Sequence record: ON843697.1 | DNA length: 49,960 nt | Direction: 5' to 3' (one strand) | Source of the DNA: Pseudomonas phage Motto | Part shown: one piece after another, positions 34,861-42,881 of the stretch | How positions within the stretch are numbered: the stretch's first letter is position 1 | Layout: every line of letters begins with the position of its first letter | Position numbers and translations under genes: made by a program | Notes under the pieces: generated by a model | Database searches by the model: none | Told to the model about the DNA's origin: nothing | The model's input: only the letters and a program-made list of their open reading frames with translations

Positions 34861-36444
34861 TTAAGCCCCCATTAAGCAAGGATTGACATATACTGATTTA
34901 CCAACGCTGCAAACATAATTTCTTTCTTCAAGCATTGGCAAGAGTTTTTCTTCAATGCGCTTCATGATCCCAGCCTGACCAACAAACGGCCTAACCTTAC
35001 GCGCACTTTCATAAATCGCTCTTGCGTTTGTTACGCCTTTGCTTTGCTTAGAAATTCGAATGATGATCTCAATCAGTTTCGTCATTTCCGCCTCATCGCC
35101 AGCATATCCAGATGCGTTAGCCGCGTTGATGTAGGTCTTGCTCAGTTCGCCGAAAATAACCAACGCTTCTTGCATTGTCTCCATTTCTATTTCGCGAGAC
35201 TTTTGCGGGTTCCCGTTATCGTTGAACCAGTTGCGGATCACATGCAGGACAGAAGCGATTCGGATCACTTGCTTATCCATCTTACCCAAAGCGCCGCGCA
35301 ACATTGTGTGAGAATACTTTCCACCGTCTGCTAAATCCGGTTCAAGTTCTTGCCGCGCCAGGTTCAGAACACGCATAGCACCTTTTGACGGTTTCAACAC
35401 AACGTTTTGCTCAGTCATTATGTTATGAACCAACTGGAAGTATTGCGCTTTCAGAGTCTTGTCAACTGGCGTATATTCCAGATCGCCATTCTCGTCAACG
35501 AATTTACGCTTGCCGAGAAACGTTTGCTCACGAACCAATAGGAAACGCTCACTAACACCGATACCACGTGCCCCTGCATCCATGATGCCGTTGATTGTCT
35601 CATCCTGGGCGATTACGCTCATGCAGCCTAACGCGATGAAACTCATGTTATTGTCTGCGTTTGCACGTGCTATAGAAACGTGACCACTATCCCATGCTTT
35701 TAGAACCAATTCGCTGTTGCTCTTGCGATCGCTGTTGGCATACGTCAAGCCGAGCAAGCTGTTAATACTCGTCGCTTCATCGGAGATTACCGCAAAGTTG
35801 CCTTGCCTGTTGTTAATCTTTGCCAGGCCTTCCGGCGTGGTATCGGATACAGGGAAAACTATATCGCAAAGCTTTTCTAACTTTTCCTCTAATTCTTCCT
35901 TTTCCTCATACAGAGCGCCTAACTCAGTTCCAGATCGTTCAGATTTAAGTTCTTTCTCAACGCCTTTTAGCTTTGCCATTACCTTTTTGCGTTCTTTCTT
36001 GCGTTGCTCGTTGATGCGCTCAACTTCACAAATCATAGGTGCAATCGCCAGGCTGTTAATTGCTGATTTCCCTGTTGATGGTGGCTGACTGGTAACAACA
36101 TAAAGCGCCGTTGGTTGTTCAGTGCCGTGATACTCAACAGTAAAGCGTCCGAGCATTGCGGAAGAAACGCAGCCGATAAAATGCATATATGCCGATGCTT
36201 CTGGAAACTGTACAGAATTCGCAATGTTACGCGCCAGCTTTCCGACTACATCAAAATCATTTCCGAGCGAAATCACAGGATAACGATCATTAGCGCCGCC
36301 AATGTCTTTTACAGGTTCCCAAAAGCTTGATGATTGACGATAGCCATTTGACTTAATCGCAACACGAAGCGGAGAAACGTTTTCCGATTCTGCGATGGCT
36401 AATACTTGCTGAGGTGTTAACTTGTTGGTGTCAAAATCAAACAT
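34861..36444 (-). CDS. P-loop NTPase of unknown function (Walker A SQPPSTGKS, Walker B FAVISDEA, coiled-coil insert between them)
   Basis: 527 aa; motifs read directly; preceded by its own cassette copy. Confidence 0.6.
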   Translation of the reverse strand: MFDFDTNKLTPQQVLAIAESENVSPLRVAIKSNGYRQSSSFWEPVKDIGGANDRYPVISLGNDFDVVGKLARNIANSVQFPEASAYMHFIGCVSSAMLGRFTVEYHGTEQPTALYVVTSQPPSTGKSAINSLAIAPMICEVERINEQRKKERKKVMAKLKGVEKELKSERSGTELGALYEEKEELEEKLEKLCDIVFPVSDTTPEGLAKINNRQGNFAVISDEATSINSLLGLTYANSDRKSNSELVLKAWDSGHVSIARANADNNMSFIALGCMSVIAQDETINGIMDAGARGIGVSERFLLVREQTFLGKRKFVDENGDLEYTPVDKTLKAQYFQLVHNIMTEQNVVLKPSKGAMRVLNLARQELEPDLADGGKYSHTMLRGALGKMDKQVIRIASVLHVIRNWFNDNGNPQKSREIEMETMQEALVIFGELSKTYINAANASGYAGDEAEMTKLIEIIIRISKQSKGVTNARAIYESARKVRPFVGQAGIMKRIEEKLLPMLEERNYVCSVGKSVYVNPCLMGA

Positions 36445-36471
36445 ACTTCATGATCTCCTTTCTAATGCCGC

Positions 36472-36515
36472 CATTATAGCGGCATTATGTTACCCTCTTT
36501 TAGCAATTTGTGCTA
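36472..36515 (-). promoter_or_regulatory. cassette copy (-): TAGCACAAATTGCTAAAA-23-ATAATG with box in hairpin loop gccgcTATAATGgcggc
   Basis: seen directly. Confidence 0.5.
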
Positions 36516-36761
36516 TTCGATCCGCTCGACTCTCGCCAGTAAATGACCGTCAATGATGCTTTTCGCTTCAAGCGTTACAGGGTCAAAATCAAGCGATCGG
36601 TGAAATGATGTACCAATCAGGAATGATGAATGCTTATCCTTCACCAGATAAACCACGTCGCCAGGCTTCATTGTGCTTATATCGCTGAACGTGCAACGAA
36701 AAGCATTTTGCATCATGATCCGCGATTTATGCGGAGTGTAGTCTTTTTCAGGTAGATTCAT
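36513..36761 (-). CDS. hypothetical protein (82 aa)
   Basis: ORF. Confidence 0.4.
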   Translation of the reverse strand: MNLPEKDYTPHKSRIMMQNAFRCTFSDISTMKPGDVVYLVKDKHSSFLIGTSFHRSLDFDPVTLEAKSIIDGHLLARVERIE

Positions 36762-37189
36762 GAGTATTTAGCCTCAAACAGATAAGCGCCACCAGCCGCA
36801 GAGAATCCTACTTCTTCACGATACAGCGTAAAGCGATCGCCATTCTCATCGAACACGTATCCGGCAACCGCGCCCAAAACCCGACCTTGCTCGACCTGGT
36901 AACGCTTGCCAGGTTTGAACGTCTTTTTGATCTGCATTGAGTGATTCACCCACGTGCATTTGATCGTTTTAGTTTTCAGTTGGACGAATTGCGCGGTTAA
37001 CGGTTCGCCGTCTGTTGTTTCACCGTGTGCAAAGAGTTTTTCATCCAGCTTATGCCAGCCTTTAGGCGCAAATTTAACGAAGATATTTCCGTCATTATCA
37101 ATCTTTCCGGCGTAGAGCTTATCGGCGGTGAAAAATAGTTTCATGTTGCTTTCTACGCATTTCAGTTTGATTGATTTAGCCATCTTCAA
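36758..37189 (-). CDS. hypothetical protein (143 aa)
   Basis: ORF. Confidence 0.45.
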   Translation of the reverse strand: MKMAKSIKLKCVESNMKLFFTADKLYAGKIDNDGNIFVKFAPKGWHKLDEKLFAHGETTDGEPLTAQFVQLKTKTIKCTWVNHSMQIKKTFKPGKRYQVEQGRVLGAVAGYVFDENGDRFTLYREEVGFSAAGGAYLFEAKYS

Positions 37190-37195
37190 TTCTCC

Positions 37196-37378
37196 TTATT
37201 TAAATAATGCAACAACTCGACCGGATGGGGTATGAGCGGATCTCATTTCAACATCAAAATGATATTCACTTTCATATTCACCCTCAATGCAAATCATGCC
37301 GTTAGTGTATTCTATTAATCTATACTCTTTGCCAGGCGTAAACAAAAAGGTCTCACTTGATATGCATTCAAATTTCAT
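37196..37378 (-). CDS. hypothetical protein (60 aa)
   Basis: ATG 37378 after conserved leader; track extends to 37411 through cassette box. Confidence 0.4.
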   Translation of the reverse strand: MKFECISSETFLFTPGKEYRLIEYTNGMICIEGEYESEYHFDVEMRSAHTPSGRVVALFK

Positions 37379-37408
37379 TTTGTTTTCCTCAGTTCGTTTC
37401 GTTAAAAG

Positions 37409-37452
37409 CATTATGCCGGATACGTGATCCGGCGTTTTAACAAAAAGTGCTA
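37409..37452 (-). promoter_or_regulatory. cassette copy (-): TAGCACTTTTTGTTAAAA-23-ATAATG, hairpin gccggatcacgtatccggc
   Basis: TAG is stop of methyltransferase gene. Confidence 0.55.
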
Positions 37453-38145
37453 TTTCTGATTTGCAAGGCAGACAGCCAGGGCGAAGCCGCGAGGCGTGAG
37501 AGAACGGATCAACTTTGTGCGTTTAGACTTTCCGCCGAGCTTTAGCCAGCCAGGATTAGCATTTCCAGTTGGCAACACTGCTTTAGTGTCTGGCATTTCA
37601 AAGCCGTTACCCGTCCAGAGGCAGGTTTTCTTTGTGTAAGCGTCACGCGCCGGAATGATTTCAGGGAAATGAGGATGCTTATCATCTTCCGGCAGGTATC
37701 CACCAAACCCGCAAGGATGGAAAATATAATCAGGTTGCCGCCACATCGTCGATAACACGCTGATCGGATTTTCTACCATGTACGGAACACCAAACCATTC
37801 CCCCAACTCACTTGCAATCATTGCCGTTTCTGTTGCCTTAATCTGGAATTCAGGATCACGCTCACGCTTTGCCGCGAAGTGACGCGAGCCACTAACAGCC
37901 AGGTCAGTGCAAGGCGGAAACGCAATGATGAAATCAGGAATTCCCCACTCTTTACTGATGGCGCGAACGGTAAAACGCCCATCAATCCAGACATTCACAT
38001 ACTCTATATTGGGATGGGTAATGCGCACCTGGTGATAGTCTCCATGATCAGCATCATCGTAATTGAAACAAATCACTTTGTGACCACGTTCCGCCCACGG
38101 AAGCGCGTCATAACCGGAACCGCTAAAAAGTGAAAAAATCAACAT
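37450..38145 (-). CDS. short DNA (cytosine-5)-methyltransferase-like protein
   Basis: motif I LFSGSGYD, motif IV FPPCTD (PC), ENP(ISVL) motif; start ATG 38145 with RBS gagagg (track start 38205 is further upstream). Confidence 0.5.
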   Translation of the reverse strand: MLIFSLFSGSGYDALPWAERGHKVICFNYDDADHGDYHQVRITHPNIEYVNVWIDGRFTVRAISKEWGIPDFIIAFPPCTDLAVSGSRHFAAKRERDPEFQIKATETAMIASELGEWFGVPYMVENPISVLSTMWRQPDYIFHPCGFGGYLPEDDKHPHFPEIIPARDAYTKKTCLWTGNGFEMPDTKAVLPTGNANPGWLKLGGKSKRTKLIRSLTPRGFALAVCLANQK

Positions 38146-38242
38146 GCCTAAATCCTCTCTGTAACGCGTTGTGAGACGCTTTGTTTTATGGCTATGCAAT
38201 CGCATTGCCTTGATAAAGAAAAGGCCGCAGCGTTAGCCGCAG

Positions 38243-38320
38243 CCGTGTAATTTTCACTTACAGAACGGACAAGTTGACTTTGTTCCGCTTCCGCCGTGTA
38301 TTGGACAGCAAATTTTCTCG
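38243..38320 (-). CDS. Cys-rich zinc-ribbon peptide (25 aa MTPIEKICCPIHGGSGTKSTCPFCK)
   Basis: not in track; strong RBS aaggagtgatcaaaATG. Confidence 0.3.
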
Positions 38321-38343
38321 ATTGGTGTCATTTTGATCACTCC

Positions 38344-38577
38344 TTAGAATGGGAAACATCTTGGACAGCTTGGATCAAACCCGCAATCGCAATCATTCAT
38401 GATTGTTGCTGGATCTGCAATAATAGCGCCTGATTGTTGCGATTCTTGATCCATATCCATTTCACCTAATGCCTCATCAAGCGTTATCAGCTTGTAAGCG
38501 ACTTCAAGCGCCGCCTCTTTGTTCAAACCTGCTTCCTCTGCTTCATGCAGACGGGCAAAGAATGCATCTTGTACCAT
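38344..38577 (-). CDS. hypothetical protein with C-terminal Cys cluster (CDCGFDPSCPRC)
   Basis: ORF; start overlaps stop of upstream peptide (TGATG). Confidence 0.4.
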   Translation of the reverse strand: MVQDAFFARLHEAEEAGLNKEAALEVAYKLITLDEALGEMDMDQESQQSGAIIADPATIMNDCDCGFDPSCPRCFPF

Positions 38578-38580
38578 CAG

Positions 38581-38696
38581 AAAAACCCCGTAACATCAAG
38601 CATTGAGATAACCATAACCGCAACAATGCCAACACAAGATATGGCCAGGCAAGCAAGGCAAAACGCCAGAATCAGATCGACAGTCTTGTTTTTCAT
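38581..38696 (-). CDS. small membrane peptide (38 aa)
   Basis: not in track; RBS ggag 8 nt upstream; hydrophobic LILAFCLACLAISCVGIVAVMVI. Confidence 0.3.
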
Positions 38697-38698
38697 AA

Positions 38699-38920
38699 TC
38701 AACTCCACTTCTCAATAAACATACTTAGATCATCAATCATCGCGTATGCATCGCTTTCCGTCATTCGGCGAATTCTTCCGCCAGGGTGTTCCCCTACCGC
38801 GTAACCGGATTTTACGCGGGTAATCGTTAACTGAAAGAATCCAGAAGCACGATCCATTTTCAGGACTACGCGCCCATGAGCTTTTACCAGGTTCATGATT
38901 GATTCAGTTTTCAGTTTCAT
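38699..38920 (-). CDS. hypothetical protein (73 aa)
   Basis: ORF preceded by ~200-nt untranslated leader. Confidence 0.4.
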   Translation of the reverse strand: MKLKTESIMNLVKAHGRVVLKMDRASGFFQLTITRVKSGYAVGEHPGGRIRRMTESDAYAMIDDLSMFIEKWS

Positions 38921-39115
38921 ATTTAACTTTCCTTTGTTGTTTCAGTTGGTTGACAGGTGTTTCTTCGTCGATGGCCTTAACATATTGCATGATTACGCGT
39001 TCTCTCTTTCGAGTAGTGGATCATGTTACGTATCACGGTTGGGAATCCTGACACTACGATCAAGCCCCTGCGTTGCCCCTCTCCAGTAGCAATCCTTGCC
39101 ACCCGTCTATGTGTG

Positions 39116-39158
39116 TATAATATCAGAATGGTTCAATGTGTTTTAGCAATTCGTGCTC
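39116..39158 (-). promoter_or_regulatory. cassette copy (-) located inside the 3' end of gene 39123..39311 (AGAGCACGAATTGCTAAAA ... ATTATA)
   Basis: motif encodes EHELLK of the upstream protein. Confidence 0.4.
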
Positions 39159-39311
39159 TTTTACCGCGATGAACGGATATCCGCTTAAATCGCCGTTGCG
39201 ATACCTGGCAGACCTGATCCAGTTCCCGCACTTGCTCAGGTATAACGCTTTATGATGGCGATGGTTGACGCGGTAGAATCGACCGCTTTTAACATTCTTG
39301 AAGTATGTCAT
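39123..39311 (-). CDS. hypothetical basic protein (62 aa)
   Basis: ORF. Confidence 0.4.
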   Translation of the reverse strand: MTYFKNVKSGRFYRVNHRHHKALYLSKCGNWIRSARYRNGDLSGYPFIAVKEHELLKHIEPF

Positions 39312-39538
39312 AACCTGATCTCGTTAAACTCAATGAAGTCTTGCACGTAAGCGCATTCTTTCGGCGACTCCTGGCCTTTCAGCACTTCACACCCGTTATT
39401 CATCAAGTGGCAATAATGGCAAAGGTTGCCGCCGCAATTATCCTCTACAATTATGATCCCATTGCAAGCGCCACCGCCGAACCGATGCGGGAAATCGTAA
39501 GCACTGCAACGGCAGGTCACTTGATGGCGCTTTCGCAT
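39308..39538 (-). CDS. hypothetical Cys-rich protein (76 aa)
   Basis: multiple CxxC/CHxC pairs. Confidence 0.4.
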   Translation of the reverse strand: MRKRHQVTCRCSAYDFPHRFGGGACNGIIIVEDNCGGNLCHYCHLMNNGCEVLKGQESPKECAYVQDFIEFNEIRL

Positions 39539-39726
39539 TATTCGCTCTCCATCACCACAACCGGATCCAGACGCTCCAACACCACGCGGAAATCGGCGAA
39601 GAAATTCGGACGTTTCTCTGTTAAATCCGTGTAAGTGTTCAAGGCAAGCGTTGCGCTCTTGCCTTCAAAGCACATTACACGCTTTCCGGTTTCACGGCTT
39701 ATTGCTGTAACTCTGTATGTGTTCAT
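39538..39726 (-). CDS. hypothetical protein (62 aa)
   Basis: ORF. Confidence 0.4.
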   Translation of the reverse strand: MNTYRVTAISRETGKRVMCFEGKSATLALNTYTDLTEKRPNFFADFRVVLERLDPVVVMESE

Positions 39727-39998
39727 TTAATGGCCTCTTTTGCAATGAATGCGATAACTTCACGAAGGTGTTTCTCATCCTTGATTGTTGCCGGAAGTTC
39801 TTCCTTAACATCGTCTGACAGGTAGATATTACCGCGCCAGGTGAATGTTCCGTCACTGTTGATAAAATATGAGCACATCCATTCGCAATCGTTATCAGCT
39901 TCCCAGATGCAAAGCACATCCAGATCATCAAATTGCTCAACTGATAATTCAATCCCACGCTTGCCAGCAAAATTTGTTGTTGTCTTGGATACCATCAT
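39723..39998 (-). CDS. hypothetical acidic protein (91 aa)
   Basis: ATG after conserved leader. Confidence 0.45.
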   Translation of the reverse strand: MMVSKTTTNFAGKRGIELSVEQFDDLDVLCIWEADNDCEWMCSYFINSDGTFTWRGNIYLSDDVKEELPATIKDEKHLREVIAFIAKEAIK

Positions 39999-40029
39999 TT
40001 TGTTGTTCTCCAGTTCGTTTCGTTGAAGT

Positions 40030-40073
40030 AACTATATCAATTCGGCGCGATCCGGTTTTAACAAAAAGTGCTA
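40030..40073 (-). promoter_or_regulatory. cassette copy (-): TAGCACTTTTTGTTAAAA-23-ATAGTT
   Basis: TAG is stop of gene 40071..40289. Confidence 0.55.
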
Positions 40074-40289
40074 TTCAACAATGACGCGGTAAGCGTGATC
40101 GCTCACATACTCCAGGCTGATAACGCCACTCTTGATTAGCTCGTCAATCGTGGCGCTATGCCAACCAGTTTGCACCACGTCAGGAAAGTGATAGCTCATG
40201 CAGTATCCATGATGTCGCTGGATCACGATTTTGTTTTTGCTCTTTTTGAAGCACTCAAGAAAGCGCCTTTCATCGCGGCTCATAACCAT
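40071..40289 (-). CDS. hypothetical protein (72 aa)
   Basis: ORF. Confidence 0.4.
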   Translation of the reverse strand: MVMSRDERRFLECFKKSKNKIVIQRHHGYCMSYHFPDVVQTGWHSATIDELIKSGVISLEYVSDHAYRVIVE

Positions 40290-40678
40290 TCCCCCGACAC
40301 AATGAAGCGCGTGAAATCATCCTGATCGGTGATTGTGTCTTGACCATAGTCAGCCTTGCGATCCGCAATCCATGACATAAAGCGTGAGTTGCGTTGCGCC
40401 ACAGTACCGGAATAGACGTAATTGAATCCCATGTGTGCAATGAATGCCACAAAGCGGATCTGAAAACCTTGATTCTCAAGCATGGCCTGCTCTACCAGTG
40501 AGAAAAAGTTGTCACGATTAACTTTCGGCTTAACCGGAACCATAGTACCTAACTCGATCATGCGGTTGAACATTTCCAGATCCATACGCGCTTTAGATGT
40601 GATGTCACTATTGCCGTAGTAGATAACGCCATTCTCGATCCAGTAGGTCAGGCCATTGTAGGTGTTGGTGTATTTCAT
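40280..40678 (-). CDS. hypothetical protein (132 aa), first gene of leftward early block
   Basis: ATG 40678 after leader CATCGAAACGAACTGAGGAATTCACC. Confidence 0.45.
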   Translation of the reverse strand: MKYTNTYNGLTYWIENGVIYYGNSDITSKARMDLEMFNRMIELGTMVPVKPKVNRDNFFSLVEQAMLENQGFQIRFVAFIAHMGFNYVYSGTVAQRNSRFMSWIADRKADYGQDTITDQDDFTRFIVSGEWL

Positions 40679-40709
40679 GGTGAATTCCTCAGTTCGTTTC
40701 GATGAGCAC

Positions 40710-40753
40710 ATTATGCCTGATCGGTCTGTTGCTGTTTTAGCAAAAAGTGCTAT
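40710..40753 (-). promoter_or_regulatory. cassette copy (-): TAGCACTTTTTGCTAAAA-23-ATAATG
   Basis: first element of leftward block. Confidence 0.55.
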
Positions 40754-41040
40754 TGATGTGATTTGATTGTTAATGCTCGTTCTGATTACATTTTGTGCAT
40801 CTTGAGTGCATGATGATTATGATTAATCAATTTTGAGTGTGTGAGTGATTGCTCTCAATCAATCGACTCTGTTTGATTGTTTCAGTTGATGCAATAATTA
40901 AAAGGACTGTTGCGCCAGATGAAATAATAATTTTCTCGCCACGCATCAAATCACCCGAGAAGCCAGGCGGGGCAACCGTTCAGAGCGATTCCGGCTTGCA
41001 CATTCCAGGCTCATCCTGGCTCGCTCGTCCGGCGCTGTAG

Positions 41041-41232
41041 TCTTTTGTTCCGCGCCGTTCACTGGATGACACTCCGTAGTTCTCCGACAAAAAGAACAAT
41101 CAAATTGATGGTAATTACTAACCGTTAGTAACTAATAATTCTATATAATACATACACTTAAAGTTTTAATTATTTATATATATTTGTATTTGTTTCGTTC
41201 TTGTTCTCTATGTGTGGCTATATATAGACACC
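41041..41232 (+). repeat. ~200-bp direct repeat copy B (core 41127-41160 AGTAACTAATAATTCTATATAATACATACACTTA)
   Basis: aligns with 20491-20692. Confidence 0.7.
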
Positions 41233-41428
41233 CCATGTTGATTATTGGTTTATTTATATAGGGTGATGATAGTTGCGCCTGGTTACCAGGGTGCAATTTT
41301 TAGAAGTGTATTTATATATGGTATCCGGCGAATCGGCGGGAAAACGATAACGTAGTTAACACAATTTTGAACAGACTATATTAATCAGTAACTTACGATA
41401 ATTTGGTGTGCATAATATAATCAATTTT

Positions 41429-41449
41429 GTGTGACGGCATATTTCACAC
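41429..41449. promoter_or_regulatory. 21-bp palindrome GTGTGA-N9-TCACAC (operator-like)
   Basis: seen directly upstream of first rightward early gene. Confidence 0.35.
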
Positions 41450-41531
41450 GTTAGCAGAAAAGAAAAAACAATTGACACCCAGGATTGATGGCGCTATCGT
41501 ATGCGCAGACCAAACGAAAGGAGGAAAAACA

Positions 41532-41996
41532 ATGAACTACATCACCACTAAGCAGTTTTGCGACGGGTTGCGCAAAGAGGCCGAGCGCCTGGCGGCTGGC
41601 GAAAAAGAGGTTTCAGTGATTGAACTGATTCAGATCGAATGCTGGCTTGATGAGAATGACCGCGAAAAAATCAATCAGTCATACATTCGCACGATCATGA
41701 ATCGGCATCCAGCCATCAAGGAGATCGGCACTGTCAAGGTTAAGAAGTTCGACGGTAGCGATGGAGACGTTCCGCGTTATGAGATTACGCTGAATCGCGA
41801 GCCGAATCGCGTTGTGTACACGAAAGACGATATTCCGGCGATCCAGAAAAAAGCGGTTGATAAAGCGATCCGTTCCGTGATGGATATCAGTCCGAGCTTT
41901 GCACACCTGGACGACGAACAAATCATTGTGGCGGTCAAGGCCGTTGAACAGTACAAAGACCTGATCCGCAAAGTATTCGGCATTGGAGGAGAATAA
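41532..41996 (+). CDS. hypothetical early protein (154 aa)
   Basis: ATG with RBS aaggagg and AACGAAA leader; track start 41427 lies in regulatory region. Confidence 0.5.
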   Translation: MNYITTKQFCDGLRKEAERLAAGEKEVSVIELIQIECWLDENDREKINQSYIRTIMNRHPAIKEIGTVKVKKFDGSDGDVPRYEITLNREPNRVVYTKDDIPAIQKKAVDKAIRSVMDISPSFAHLDDEQIIVAVKAVEQYKDLIRKVFGIGGE

Positions 41997-41998
41997 TC

Positions 41999-42232
41999 AT
42001 GTTGAGTGAAAAGCAAATCGAAAACATCGTTGAAGCAATCAAGGTAATGAGTGAAGGCAACGAGATATCAAAGGCGGAATGGGAACATATAAAAATGCGA
42101 GTCGATACCAGGCTTGCGCGTGTTTACGGTGACGGGTTCGATAACCGTTTTCCAGTTGGTAGCGCGGCATTCTCTCAAGCCGTCAACGGCCTGGCTAACA
42201 ACGGCGTGAAGTTCAGCGTGGAGTATGAATAA
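41999..42232 (+). CDS. hypothetical protein (77 aa)
   Basis: ORF, RBS ggagga. Confidence 0.4.
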   Translation: MLSEKQIENIVEAIKVMSEGNEISKAEWEHIKMRVDTRLARVYGDGFDNRFPVGSAAFSQAVNGLANNGVKFSVEYE

Positions 42233-42477
42233 TGAAAGTCAAGTGCATCAATAGCAGTTGCAATTGGTTCACCCAGGGGCGGGAATACTCCGCCCAACAA
42301 TATGACCACCTCACGATCGCAATCTTACAGGATGATATGTGCTCAGACCTGGGCGAAAACGATGATGCGTGGTATGCGACGAAAGCCAGGTTGCGCGGCG
42401 TAGAGGGTGATATGTACACGATACAGACGTTTAACCCGTTCCGATACCTTGCGGCGTTTACTCTGATTGGTGAATAG
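42232..42477 (+). CDS. hypothetical protein (81 aa)
   Basis: ORF. Confidence 0.4.
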   Translation: MKVKCINSSCNWFTQGREYSAQQYDHLTIAILQDDMCSDLGENDDAWYATKARLRGVEGDMYTIQTFNPFRYLAAFTLIGE

Positions 42478-42518
42478 CACTTTTTGTTAAAACTCATCCG
42501 GTGGATGCTGGCATAATG
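42475..42518 (+). promoter_or_regulatory. cassette copy (+): TAGCACTTTTTGTTAAAA-23-ATAATG
   Basis: TAG is stop of previous gene. Confidence 0.55.
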
Positions 42519-42547
42519 CATTCATCGGAACAAATGAGGAAAACAAA

Positions 42548-42706
42548 ATGGTTAAGTTAATCACCTGGGAACACGAAAACAGCCAGCCACAAACGAGAGA
42601 ATTTGAAACGGTATCGGCTTGCTATAACCTGGCGGCTAATGGCGGTTTCTACAAGGCGCAAATCGTAAACGATCAAGGAGTTGTAGACTATGAGTTTAAA
42701 GCGTGA
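42548..42706 (+). CDS. small protein (52 aa MVKLITWEHENSQ...)
   Basis: not in track; ATG after leader GAGGAAAACAAA. Confidence 0.3.
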   Translation: MVKLITWEHENSQPQTREFETVSACYNLAANGGFYKAQIVNDQGVVDYEFKA

Positions 42707-42881
42707 CGTGACCTATCAGAGTAAGATGAGCGATCGCCAATACAAATGGGATGGCTTGCACGTTTGGACGCGCATCCCTGGCGATATCTGGCGGCTGGCG
42801 GCTGGCTGGCCTCAACCGTCAATGTCAAAGAGGGATCTTGAATACTACGTTAACAAGGGCGAATTCGTGGAGGCTGAATAA
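42690..42881 (+). CDS. hypothetical protein (63 aa)
   Basis: RBS aggag. Confidence 0.4.
   Translation: MSLKRDVTYQSKMSDRQYKWDGLHVWTRIPGDIWRLAAGWPQPSMSKRDLEYYVNKGEFVEAE

Noticed and set aside
34861-36444. Second terminase or phage-encoded RNA polymerase reading the cassette promoters
   Set aside because: terL is already present at 1..1572. 527 aa is far too short for a single-subunit RNAP, and no RNAP motifs are present. Single-subunit RNAP promoters are also contiguous ~20-bp elements, unlike this split architecture.
38921-39122. tRNA or other RNA gene in the 200-bp non-coding stretch
   Set aside because: No cloverleaf with a GTTCRANYC T-loop can be drawn on either strand. No tRNA-like elements were found anywhere in the window.
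40849-41040. 63-aa ORF in the 40.7-41.5 kb regulatory hub
   Set aside because: There is no RBS. It sits within repeat and operator sequence, and its composition is typical of out-of-frame translation.
41429-41449. CRP site (TGTGA...TCACA)
   Set aside because: The spacer is 9 bp rather than the 6 bp required for CRP. It is treated as a phage-specific palindrome.
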